Positions 26,040 to 37,239 of a stretch of DNA of 64,000 bases are shown here, one piece after another. The notes under the pieces are model-generated. The model was not told the DNA's origin. It ran no database searches and saw nothing but the letters and a program-made list of their open reading frames with translations. Position numbers and translations under genes: made by a program. Source of the stretch: Octopus sinensis. Taxonomy: Eukaryota. The stretch is taken from positions 188,418,001 through 188,482,000 of the forward strand of contig NC_042998.1 in NCBI RefSeq assembly GCF_006345805.1. The letters run 5' to 3'. Within the stretch, counting starts at the first letter, position 1; every line of letters begins with the position of its first letter.

Positions 26040-26270
26040 CTTTCTCCTTTCTAGCCTAATTTCTCAAGATTGGTATTTAGGCAGTATGTTACATATTCCA
26101 GCTCCCCAATAATTACAGGTATAAACCTGAACTTGTAATCTGAATAGAGTAACTTCAGGTTTCTCAATAGTTCAGCGTAGGTGTTCTCTTTTTCATCGAT
26201 CTTTAGCTTTATGGTAACATTCGCTGGGCAGCTAATTTCCACAACTATGCACAGTTTCTCTTCTCTATCC
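26040..26270 (-). mobile_element. R4/Dong-type (RLE) non-LTR element, C-terminal endonuclease fragment
   Basis: EKLCIVVEISCPANVTIKLKIDEKENTYAELLRNLKLLY...FIPVIIGELEYV...LEKLG resembles the RLE E-K-x-x-K-Y-x-x-L...I-P-x-x-I-G-A-L-G motif. Confidence 0.7.
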
Positions 26271-26439
26271 TAAATCGTTATATCAGGTCTGTGGTGCTAA
26301 CATTCTATTGAGGTTTTCACTGGGACATCCCACGTGTGTGTATGTATGTATGTATGTATGTATGTATGTATGTATGTATGTATGTATGTATGTATGTATG
26401 TATGTATGTATGTATGTATGTATGTATGCATGTATGTAT

Positions 26440-26990
26440 GTATGCTATGGCAGGTCGCTCTTGGTCGCTACTGGTAACCTGTAATCCAGTAAACCTTTGC
26501 ATGGTTGGTCCTCGACGACTAAACTGGCAACCCCGTTAAACTTGCTTGGTGAGGAGGCTGATTGTTGGACATCCTGCAGAACCAAAAGTAAGACCTGACA
26601 AAGGGCAGAAGAGTTCATGAATAGTCAACGGTCATCCAACAATATGTGTAGATGTGTATGTATGCATTCATGTATGCTTGATTTGGTATCCAGATGCGTG
26701 GTTGGTCAACTTGGAGTAGGAAACTCTGAGAGAAATCCTGCAACACTACAATATTCGATGATGTAGACTAGTTATTCTTTTCGAGTTTATGTTGTCCATG
26801 TTCAGAGAGTGAGACTGGATTTGTGCAAAACCCTTTCCCCACTAAAATAAAAATAATAATAATAAATAATAATGCACAGGCATCACTTGAAAAAAAGTAA
26901 GACCTGTCACAAAAATGGCTGGTCGCAACTTTCGTCTGTGTGGGACTTTCGATAAGGTGATGGCAATAATCGAACACGAGTTAACAGCCA
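26440..26990 (+). mobile_element. Possible RTE-type LINE remnants
   Basis: ETLREILQHYNI (about 26720-26760) resembles the RTE RT L-W-x-I-L-x-H-Y-G-I-P motif; GC-richer UTR-like pieces with a repeated AAGTAAGACCTG. Confidence 0.3.
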
Positions 26991-26992
26991 TC

Positions 26993-27007
26993 ATGTATGT
27001 ATGTATG

Positions 27008-27038
<31 letters not shown>

Positions 27039-27111
27039 GTATGTATGTATGTATGTATGTATGTAAGTATGTATGTATGTATGTATGTAAGTATGTATGT
27101 ATGTATGTATG

Positions 27112-27142
<31 letters not shown>

Positions 27143-27314
27143 GTATGTATGTATGTAAGTATGTATGTATGTATGTATGTAAGTATGTATGTATGTATGT
27201 ATGTATATATGTATGTATGTATGTATGTATGCATGCATGTATATATGTATGTATGTATGTATGCATGCATGTATATATGTATGTATGTATGATGTATGTA
27301 TGTATGCATGCATG

Positions 27315-27348
<34 letters not shown>

Positions 27349-27350
27349 TG

Positions 27351-27378
<28 letters not shown>
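26993..27378. repeat. (TATG)n tract with TAAG and TGCA variants
   Basis: Visible directly. Confidence 0.95.
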
Positions 27379-27382
<4 letters not shown>

Positions 27383-27667
27383 AGCGAAAGAACAGTGTGT
27401 GCAAGACATTTCATGTAGTTATATTTATCTGTGGTAACACTGTTTCCTGAAAATGCATTTTCTCAGAAATACATCTTATAGTTCGAAAGTTCGGTTGTGT
27501 GTCTGGTAACCAGTCACCACAACCATCAGAAGTGCTTCTTTTTACGAGAATTTAAATAAGGTATGTTAATTAGTCACAGGGAATATTTATACAATAAAGT
27601 TAAATGTATATCTATAACGCATGGATTTGTGAATATTGTGACAATAAAAGAAATTTGTGGTGTGCGC

Positions 27668-27720
<53 letters not shown>

Positions 27721-28170
27721 TGTGTGTGTGTGGTGTGTATGTGTGTGTGTGTTCATGGATGCTGGCATGACAGAACGATTGAAGCATTCTATCCCTAATT
27801 ATGAGATTCTGGGTAAGATCGCCATGCATGACAACAGGAGTTGATTTCTTTTACTTTATTCTTTGTTTGGTTCAAGTCATATGGTTAGATTTGGAGGCAA
27901 AAGTCTGCTTGGAAATTCCGAAGGATTAGATCTCCCATTCATAGGGTGAAGCGAACTACATTGTCGCGCCAGTTTTCTCCGAGAATTGGGTTAATTTGAA
28001 AATTGCCTTCCAGTTTTTTCTCGTTTGGTCAGCATTGTTAACATTGCTGACCAAACAAGGTTTTATTCGCTGGTTGTCAGGTATTCTGGCGCTGAAGTTA
28101 CTAATGTTTCCAAAACTATGGGTTGATAACTACGATACGGCATAAATGTACGTTTTATATTAGGCTTGCT

Positions 28171-30631
28171 ATAGGCGCAGGAGTGGCTGTGTGGTAAGTA
28201 GCTTGCTAACCAACCACATGGTTCCGGGTTCAGTCCCACTGCGTGGCATCTTGGGCAAGTGTCTTCTGCTACAGCCCCGGGCCGACCAATGCCTTGTGAG
28301 TGGATTTGGTAGACGGAAACTGAAAGAAGCCCGTCATAGGCGCAGGAGTGGCTGTGTGGTAAGTAGCTTGCTAACCAACCACATGGTTCCGGGTTCAGTC
28401 CCACTGCGTGGCATCTTGGGCAAGTGTCTTCTGCTACAGCCCCGGGCCGACCAATGCCTTGTGAGTGGATTTGGTAGACGGAAACTGAAAGAAGCCCGTC
28501 ATAGGCGCAGGAGTGGCTGTGTGGTAAGTAGCTTGCTAACCAACCACATGGTTCCGGGTTCAGTCCCACTGCGTGGCATCTTGGGCAAGTGTCTTCTGCT
28601 ACAGCCCCGGGCCGACCAATGCCTTGTGAGTGGATTTGGTAGACGGAAACTGAAAGAAGCCCGTCATAGGCGCAGGAGTGGCTGTGTGGTAAGTAGCTTG
28701 CTAACCAACCACATGGTTCCGGGTTCAGTCCCACTGCGTGGCATCTTGGGCAAGTGTCTTCTGCTACAGACCCGGGCCGACCAATGCCTTGTGAGTGGAT
28801 TTGGTAGACGAAACTGAAAGAAGCCGTCATAGGCGCAGGAGTGGCTGTTGGTAAGTAGCTTGCTAACCACCACATGGTTCTGGTTTCAGTCTCACTGCGT
28901 GGCATCTTGGGCAAGTGTCTTCTGCTACAGCCCCGGGCCGACCAATGCCTTGTGAGTGATTTGGTAGACGGAAACTGAAAGAAGCCCGTCATAGGCGCAG
29001 GAGTGGCTGTGTGGTAAGTAGCTTGCTAACCAACACATGGTTCTGGTTTCAGTCTCACTGCGTGGCATCTTGGGCAAGTGTCTTCTGCTACAGCCCCGGC
29101 CGACCAATGCCTTGTGAGTGGATTTGGTAGACGGAACTGAAAGAAGCCCGTCATAGCGCAGGAGTGGCTGTGTGGTAAGTAGCTTGCTAACCACCACATG
29201 GTTCTGGGTTCAGTCTCACTGCGTGGCATCTTGGGCAAGTGTCTTCTGCTACAGCCCCGGGCCGACCAATGCCTTGTGAATGGATTTGGTAGACGGAAAC
29301 TGAAAGAAGCCCGTCATAGGCGCAGGAGTGCTGTGTGGTAAGTAGCTTGCTAACCACCACATGGTTCTGGGTTCAGTCTCACTGCGTGGCATCTTGGGCA
29401 AGTGTCTTCTGCTACAGCCCCGGGCCGACCAATGCCTTGTGAGTGGATTTGGTAGACGGAAACTGAAAGAAGCCCGTCATAGGCGCAGGAGTGGCTGTGT
29501 GGTAAGTAGCTTGCTAACCAACCACATGGTCCCGGGTTCAGTCCCACTGCGTGGCATCTTGGGCAAGTGTCTTCTGCTACAGTCCCGGGCCGACCAATGC
29601 CTTGTGAGTGGATTTGGTAGACGGAAACTGAAAGAAGCCCGTCATAGGCGCAGGAGTGGCTGTGTGGTAAGTAGCTTGCTAACCAACCACATGGTTCTGG
29701 GTTCAGTCCCACTGCGTGGCATCTTGGGCAAGTGTCTTCTGCTACAGCCCCGGGCCGACCAATGCCTTGTGAGTGGATTTGGTAGACGGAAACTGAAAGA
29801 AGCCCGTCATAGGCGCAGGAGTGGCTGTGTGGTAAGTAGCTTGCTAACCAACCACATGGTTCTGGGTTCAGTCTCACTGCGTGGCATCTTGGGCAAGTGT
29901 CTTCTGCTACAGCCCCGGGCCGACCAATGCCTTGTGAGTGAATTTGGTAGACGGAAACTGAAAGAAGCCCGTCATAGGCGCAGGAGTGGCTGTGTGGTAA
30001 GTAGCTTGCTAACCAACCACATGGTTCTGGGTTCAGTCTCACTGCGTGGCATCTTGGGCAAGTGTCTTCTGCTACAGCCCCGGGCCGACCATGCCTTGTG
30101 AGTGATTTGGTAGACGGAAACTGAAAGAAGCCCGTCATAGGCGCAGGAGTGGCTGTGTGGTAAGTAGCTTGCTAACCAACCACATGGTTCTGGGTTCAGT
30201 CTCACTGCGTGGCATCTTGGGCAAGTGTCTTCTGCTACAGCCCCGGGCCGACCAATGCCTTGTGAGTGGATTTGGTAGACGGAAACTGAAAGAAGCCCGT
30301 CATAGGCGCAGGAGTGGCTGTGTGGTAAGTAGCTTGCTAACCAACCACATGGTTCTGGGTTCAGTCTCACTGCGTGGCATCTTGGGCAAGTGTCTTCTGC
30401 TACAGCCCCGGGCCGACCAATGCCTTGTGAGTGGATTTGGTAGACGGAAACTGAAAGAAGCCCGTCATAGGCGCAGGAGTGGCTGTGTGGTAAGTAGCTT
30501 GCTAACCAACCACATGGTTCTGGGTTCAGTCTCACTGCGTGGCATCTTGGGCAAGTGTCTTCTGCTACAGCCCCGGGCCGACCAATGCCTTGTGAGTGGA
30601 TTTGGTAGACGGAAACTGAAAGAAGCCCGTC
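28171..30631 (+). repeat. Tandem array of 15 copies of the 165-bp SINE A head
   Basis: Unit starts at 28171, 28336, 28501, 28666, 28829, 28991, 29153, 29316, 29479, 29644, 29809, 29974, 30137, 30302, 30467; junction ...GAAGCCCGTC|ATAGGCGCAGG... Confidence 0.97.
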
Positions 30632-30866
30632 GTATATATGTATATGTGTGTTTGTGTGTCTGTGTTTGTCCCCCCCCAAATCGCTTGACAACCGATGCTG
30701 GTGTGTTTACGTCCCCGTCACTTAGCGGTTCGGCAAAAGAGACCGATAGAATAAGTACTGGGCTTACAAAGAATAAGTCCCGGGGTCGATTTGCTCGACT
30801 AAAGGCGGTGCTCCAGCATGGCCGCAGTCAAATGACTGAAACAAGTAAAAGAGTAAGAGTAAAGAG
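30467..30866 (+). mobile_element. Full-length SINE A forming the last unit of the array
   Basis: Continues CCCGTC|GTATATATG into the normal microsatellite and 3' module. Confidence 0.92.
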
Positions 30867-31399
30867 AATATGTTTGCTTGTGTCAATGGTTGAGGTGAGG
30901 TAGCATCTAAGAACGTATATTATTTTAGGTTATTGTATCCCCCTTCCTCTTTATTTATCTATCTGCCTGTCTGTCTGTCTATCTGTCTGTACATCTATCT
31001 ATATGTGTGCATGTGTGTGAGGGAGAGAGCGGGAGGACAGAAAATGGGAGAGAAAGATGGGGAGGAAAAGGGAAAGACAGAAAGACGGAAGGGGAGAGAG
31101 ACAGAGACAGAGAGACTATGTTGTTTTGAGAGACGATTATTTTTGCAGCCGAACGTACTACACGTCGTTAGCTATTAATTTAAACAAATAAATAAGACCT
31201 GTTTAATTAGGAAACAACTATTTCCGGTGCTTTCTGTTTAACTACTTTGCCTTATCAATGTCGTTTTAGGGAAATACTGACTATTTTTCAGCTATTGCAA
31301 TAAGTATATAATTCCCACTCTTTATACATATATATATATATATACATATGTATGCATGAATACCTATTTTACAGTCATATATATATATATATATATAAT

Positions 31400-31525
31400 T
31401 TTAATCAAACGGAAACAAAAAAACAACAACAATGGAACAATTACAATATTATTATTATAGGCGCTCAGGAAAAGGAAGCAGGGAGGTATGACGTTTCGAG
31501 CGGAGCTCTTCGTCGGAAACATATA
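31400..31525 (-). mobile_element. Short PLE-terminus-like element with a minimal hammerhead-like motif (31485-31520)
   Basis: Reverse complement GTTT-CCGACGA-A-GAGC-TCC-GCTC-GAAAC-GTC-ATAC: core variant, 4-bp helix II, palindromic ACGT helix III. Confidence 0.6.
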
Positions 31526-31557
31526 TATATATATATATTATATATATATATATATAG

Positions 31558-31594
<37 letters not shown>

Positions 31595-31597
<3 letters not shown>

Positions 31598-31780
31598 CGC
31601 TAGCCACTACACATTCTTTATTTCCTCTCTTGTTTCTTTCTGTAGAAGAGCGTAGGCTGGAAACGTTAAAGACTTTTTCATTTTCCGAGCGTTATACGAA
31701 TAAGAGTATTATACAAATACATCTATTTGCTGTATATATCACCTGTCTTCGTCTTTTGTTTTTTTTATTCACCTCCTAAA
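31595..31780 (+). mobile_element. About 185-bp (TA)n-flanked mini-element with a hammerhead-like motif (31635-31672)
   Basis: TCTTT-CTGTAGA-A-GAGC-GTAG-GCTG-GAAAC-GTT-AAAGA; helix I TCTTT/AAAGA; homologous along its length to 52421-52600 (minus). Confidence 0.7.
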
Positions 31781-31795
31781 TATATATATATATAC

Positions 31796-31842
<47 letters not shown>

Positions 31843-32278
31843 ATATATATGTATATATAGTATGTGCATATATATATGTATATATGTACATATATATATA
31901 TATATATATATGTATGTATATATATGTGTGTGTGTATATATGTATGTATATATTTATATATATATGTATGTATTATATGTATATATTTATATGTTTATGT
32001 ATGTATATATATATATGTTTATGTATGTATATATATATTATATAAGTACTTACATACCTAACGTAATGTAAGTCATGTAAAATATATAAATATATTTTGT
32101 GTAGTGTAAACTGTATCTGATACAGCACCCAATACTCTAGGCCAAGTGGATAGATACATTTATTTTATCAAGATTGAAGATATACTTCGATTTTCGCTCC
32201 AGTAGTCCTCTACGGCCCAGCCTGGTGCGAATCTCAGAGAATGTTGTAATTTTGCACGCACACACACACGTACGTACA

Positions 32279-32329
<51 letters not shown>

Positions 32330-33829
32330 CTCTCTCTCTCTCTCATGCACACACAAATATGGCAAAAAATTTATTGTTAAGTAGTACCTCCATCTACCTA
32401 TTTATTAGCGTTTCTTTACACTCTTTCAATGTGTTCATCCTCCTTCCAATCTTTTCACCCTTCATATTGCTTCACTGCTCCTCGTATTTTTCTATACCCC
32501 GTTTCACTTTTCTCCCTATCTTAGCTCGTCTATTTCTCTTCTCTTCTACTTCTCTCTCTATCTACTTGCATCTCTCTCATTCTGTATTTCTCTCTTCGGT
32601 TTCTTTGTTTCCATCACGCAATTCAGTTTCTATATCATTATATTTCATTCTAGTTTCCTGTCATTCCTCCATTTTCCTATTACATTTTACCCTATGTATC
32701 TCTCAGTTTCTCATTACTTCATTACATACAGCTATTCTTGATCATCATTTGATTAATTTTTAGTCAGGTCTTTTTCAATCATTCTATCGTTATATGTGTC
32801 TATTTTCACCAAACTTTTCCACCATTTTGTCACCCTCTTACAAATTTCCTTCTCGAATATCTCGTTTATTTGTTACTCATAATTTTACTCTCTAAAACTC
32901 TTGCTTTATATGTGAATGACGTAAAGATTCATGGAATATAGTAATAATTAACTTTTATGGCTGTTAGCTATATTGAAACTCACATTTTATGAGCCATGTA
33001 GCTTGCTATAATTAGTCTTCCAATCTCCATTGCAGCAGTGATTAAATACTATCATATAACCCTCAATGAAAGAACAATTCGGTATATTTATCAAAATTTA
33101 TGGATAATAAATTCTGCAGTGGTTGTCAATCATGTTCAGTAGTCACCAACAAGATATAAACACTGTATTGAGTCACCAATTATTTATGTACATATCTTGT
33201 TCAATTGCAGGAAAACCGTATTGTTACTATTGATTCATGTCTAGTAGGAAAGACGCAGTTAATATTCAGAACTATTAATAGAATTAATTACGGGCGTTTA
33301 CTAAAAGATAAGCTGTATCCGAGTGGAAGTAACCTGTGTATTCTGTAAATAATTTAATTCATAAATTAATTATTGTCACTCCGTATGCTTGGTTTATTTC
33401 ATCCATCGCTTGTTACCATATTTCAGTTAATGTGTTTTTAGCCAATAAAACATTTCTTAACTTCCACTTCATTTAGAGATGGTTGCATACACGGAAAGCA
33501 TATACGAAATCAGCACATGTCTCTTACTTACCTTTGAATATGTGAAAATACGACCCAACATAATTTGTTATTTGAATATTGATATTCGATACATAATTTA
33601 ACTCGATTATTAAAACAAAAATTTTAATATTTTATCAATAGGTAGTGTGCACTTTTCATGTATACTTTTCCCTTTTTCTTTCTATTTATTTCCTACATTT
33701 CTGACTTATAAACAATTATCTAATGGCGTCGCTATATTTATCAATTTATAGCTTCAGCTTATACTTTACTTATTAACAATTCAAATTTCTCTTTCTAAAG
33801 CGACAGCTTATGTCTGATATATGGATATA

Positions 33830-35102
33830 CGAAGGAGTACCCAAAAGTAACCGGAAACGTTCTTTGTGGGACAAGCCCGGTGTAGCTTAGGCTTCCGCCG
33901 CTAGAAGCCACTTGATGTGACCGTCAGGTATCAGTCTGCCGACTGGCGTCGTCCTATGGAGTCGTACTTCCACGTAGTGCGTCATTGTTTGGCAGTACTT
34001 CTCCCCTGTTCGTCGATTTTTGCGATCGCTAAAAGGAAAGGGCAACGAGTTCTGTGAAATTATGTTTTCTGCTGGAGAAAATGCCGCCGAAATAGTTGTC
34101 ATTCTTCAAACAGTTTATAAGGACGCTGCCATGAGCTTTAGGAATGGACACTTGACGCTTGAAGACCAAATTCGTTTAGGGTGACCGTCGACCTCCCGAA
34201 CGAAAACGTCACGAAAATTCCTGAATTCCTCTTGGAGGACCGTCGCCGAAAAATTGACAAACTTGTTGGTATAACTGGTGTATCCTGGAGCTCCTGCCAA
34301 CGAATTTTGAGCGAGGAATTGCAAATGAAAAGAGTTGCAACAATATTTGCGACTCACTTTCTCATGGAATATCAAAAGCATGTCGTGAACTGTAAGAACA
34401 TTTGGAAGTTGATCCGAATCTCTTTTCGAAGGTCATCACTGGTGACGAAAACCGATGCTACGGCTACGACCCGGAAACAAAGCAGCAATCAAGTCAATGG
34501 AAGCATTCAATGTCACCAGACACCCCAAAATATGCATCAAATGAAGTCCAGTGTCAAGATGCTGCTGAATTTGTTTCATTGATGCGAAAGGAATTGTGCA
34601 CACAGAATTTGTTCCTCCTGGTCAAACCGTTAACCAGACATTTTACTTGGAAGTTCTGAAACGTTTGTGAGATGCGCTAAGACGAAAACGCCCCGACCAG
34701 TGGCAAAGTGGAGAGTGGTGGTTTCATCATGACAATGCACCTGCGCACACTGCCTTGAGTGTGGGACAGTTTTTGACCAAAAATGGAATGACACCGCTTA
34801 AACACCCTCCCTATTCACCTGATCTTGCTCCCTGCAACTCCTTTTGTTCCTCCGAATGAAAAAAGTCGGTAAAGGAAACGTTTTGCAGATGTGGAAGAGG
34901 TGAAGAGGAAATAACGGAGGTGTTAAAAAGCATCACTTCGCAAGAATTCCAGGACTGCTTCGAACTGTAGAAAACGCTTTCTGGGCCGAGACATTGTTTC
35001 AAATGGAGAATACTTTGAGGCGATAAATGTGTAATCATATAAAACAAAGTAAAAAAAAAAAGAATATTGCAAAATTCCGGTTTCTTTTGGGCACCCACCT
35101 CA
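33830..35102 (+). mobile_element. Full-length mariner (Tc1/mariner, D,D34D; irritans-like), inactive
   Basis: Imperfect 27-28-bp TIRs (CGAAGGAGTACCCAAAAGTAACCGGAA versus reverse complement TGAGGTGGGTGCCCAAAAGAAACCGGAA); TA on both sides; about 1.27 kb; ITGDENRCYGYDPETKQQSSQW, HHDNAPAH, HPPYSPDLAPC; frameshifts. Confidence 0.92.
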
Positions 35103-35164
35103 TATATATTTGCACATGTATGTTACACACACACGCACATACAAATACGCGCGCACACGTCTTA

Positions 35165-35560
35165 CTTGTTTCAATCATTACACTGTGGCCTTTCTAGGGC
35201 ACCCTCATGAAGACTATTTTGTCGAATGAATATACCCCAGTACATATTTTTTAAAGCTTGGTACTTTTGATCACTTTTGCCGAACTAAGTTATGAGAACG
35301 TAAATACACCAACACCGGTTGTCAAACAGTGGTGGGGAATAAACACAGACACAGACATACACACACAAAGATCTTTCATCTTTTACTTGATTCAGTCATT
35401 AAACTGCGGCCATGCTGGAGCACCGCCGTGAAGAATTTTTTGTCAAATACATTAACTCCAGTACTTTTTTTTGTTTATTCTATCGGCCTCCTTTGTCAAA
35501 CCGCTAACTTACGGGGACGTAAACATGCCAGCACCGGTTGTCAAGCGGTAGTGTGGGGAC
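35165..35560 (-). mobile_element. Two adjacent SINE A 3'-module fragments (about 35165-35345 and 35385-35560)
   Basis: Each reverse complement matches GACAACCG...TACGT...TTAG...TTCGGCAAA. Confidence 0.75.
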
Positions 35561-35584
35561 ATCACAGACAGAAAGACTCACACA

Positions 35585-35625
<41 letters not shown>

Positions 35626-35756
35626 TAGCTATATATAGATGGCGAATTGGACTAATTTCTTCATATTTTGAGCTGTCAAAATATCATCACTTGGTTGGAC
35701 GTCATCATACACACACACGCACATATATACACAAATAATAAATAAATAAATATGTA

Positions 35757-35796
<40 letters not shown>

Positions 35797-36233
35797 ACTA
35801 CAAATATAGGATGAAATTTTTTTCAGAAAAAAAATTCATCCAAAGGTGGCAGCATATTTCAGCACGACGTATATTTATAGTGAGTGTATAATGATATGTA
35901 GAAATTGACGATTTAAAAGTCTATTATCAGCATATTAGCATGAAAATAATTTTTCTTTTGCCCTTGTTTTATAAGTTTTATATATATATATATACAGAGA
36001 GACAGAGACGGACCGGGTGGGAGAGAGATTTGAAGAGTAAATAAACACTGTCAGATTTTACAGATTTTGCTAGAAATGATATAAGGTCACTTGATGCGTG
36101 TAAATTCTCAATCTACTTGTTAGCAGAGATGCTTTGTGCAGTTTCTAATGACTGAAACTGTTTGGCTATGTGTAGTCTCTGCACATACAAAATGGTATAA
36201 TAAAGAATGCCTATTTACTTTTGATCTCTCTCT

Positions 36234-36264
<31 letters not shown>

Positions 36265-36988
36265 TTTCTCTCTCTTATTCGCTCGCTCTCTCCTATACAA
36301 TATTGACTTATAAAACTTTTAACGTATTTGGTAGTATACTACGGTTGCAGAACGAAATACTGTCCTTGTTCGCAGTTAACAGTATATACACACACACACA
36401 TACGCAGTACGCACACACACACACACACACACATGTACGCACAGACACACACGTACACACACACACACATACGCACACATATAAGGCCTCTAAGTCTCAA
36501 CAAATTCTCAGTTTCACATTACCCGATGATTCCTAATGGCAATTTCATTATATATAACGTTCCCATAAATCCAAACGCGACTCACACAGAGCTGCTTTGT
36601 ATATGCTCTTGGTATACAGTCATTCAAAATGTAAGCAGACACCTAGCATTTCCTCATATCTGCTTCAATCCCTGCTCATTTGGACCCATTTAAACTACAT
36701 ACCATTTCAACTTGCACCTTGGGTTCTCAGAGATATTAGACTTTTATTCTTTTGGTAGCCTTTGTGTGACTAATGCTTCAGAGTGACCAATGCCTTTTGT
36801 GAGACCAATGTCTCTGACGTTTATATACAACACTGTTTATCAGTGGAAAATTGAGATACACTTGTACTAATAAGCTGATGTTGATTGATTAACGTTCAAC
36901 ATATTAAGCAAGGAGTAAATAAATTATTTAAAATATTTTATGAATTAAATGTATATCTCTTTCAATTTCCTCTATATCATCAAGTTCA

Positions 36989-37212
36989 TGCTTCTTCTTC
37001 TTCTCTTCTTCTTCTCCTCCTCCTCCTCCTCCTACTACTACTACTACTACTACTACTCTTCCTCCACTTCTCCTCTTCCTCCACTTCTCCTCCTCTTCCT
37101 CCTCCTCCTCTTCTTCTTCTTCTTCTTCTCCTCCTCCTCTTCTTCTTCTCCTCCTCCTCCTCCTCTTCTCTTCTTCTTCTTCTTCTTCTTCTTCTTCTTC
37201 TTCTCCTTCTGT
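36989..37212 (+). repeat. (CTT/CCT/CTA)n pyrimidine-rich microsatellite just upstream of the exon acceptor
   Basis: Visible directly. Confidence 0.9.
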
Positions 37213-37239
37213 ATATTGTTTTCATATTTCTCTTTCAAG

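Noticed and set aside
28790-30120. Scattered 1-bp deletions in array units 4-8 and 12 as real variants
   Set aside because: They are mostly singletons in short homopolymers or dinucleotides, typical of unpolished long-read error; only recurrent substitutions were used.
28171-30631. CRISPR-like array
   Set aside because: Units are contiguous near-identical copies with no unique spacers; the context is eukaryotic with no cas genes.
28063-30903. Long repetitive ORFs (208-309 aa) on both strands across the array
   Set aside because: They arise because the 165-bp unit is a multiple of 3 and lacks stops in some frames; the same peptides appear in every SINE A copy.
35809-35841. 16-bp-arm palindrome GGATGAAATTTTTTTC-A-GAAAAAAAATTCATCC
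   Set aside because: Mostly T and A homopolymer, so low information content.
36512-36630. Candidate upstream exon (CTCAG|...CAAAAT|GTAAGC; SHYPMIPNGNFIIYNVPINPNATHTELLCICSWYTVIQN)
   Set aside because: The only open frame ends in phase 0 while the TM exon starts in phase 1, the polypyrimidine tract is weak, and there is no recognisable domain. RNA-seq could rescue it.
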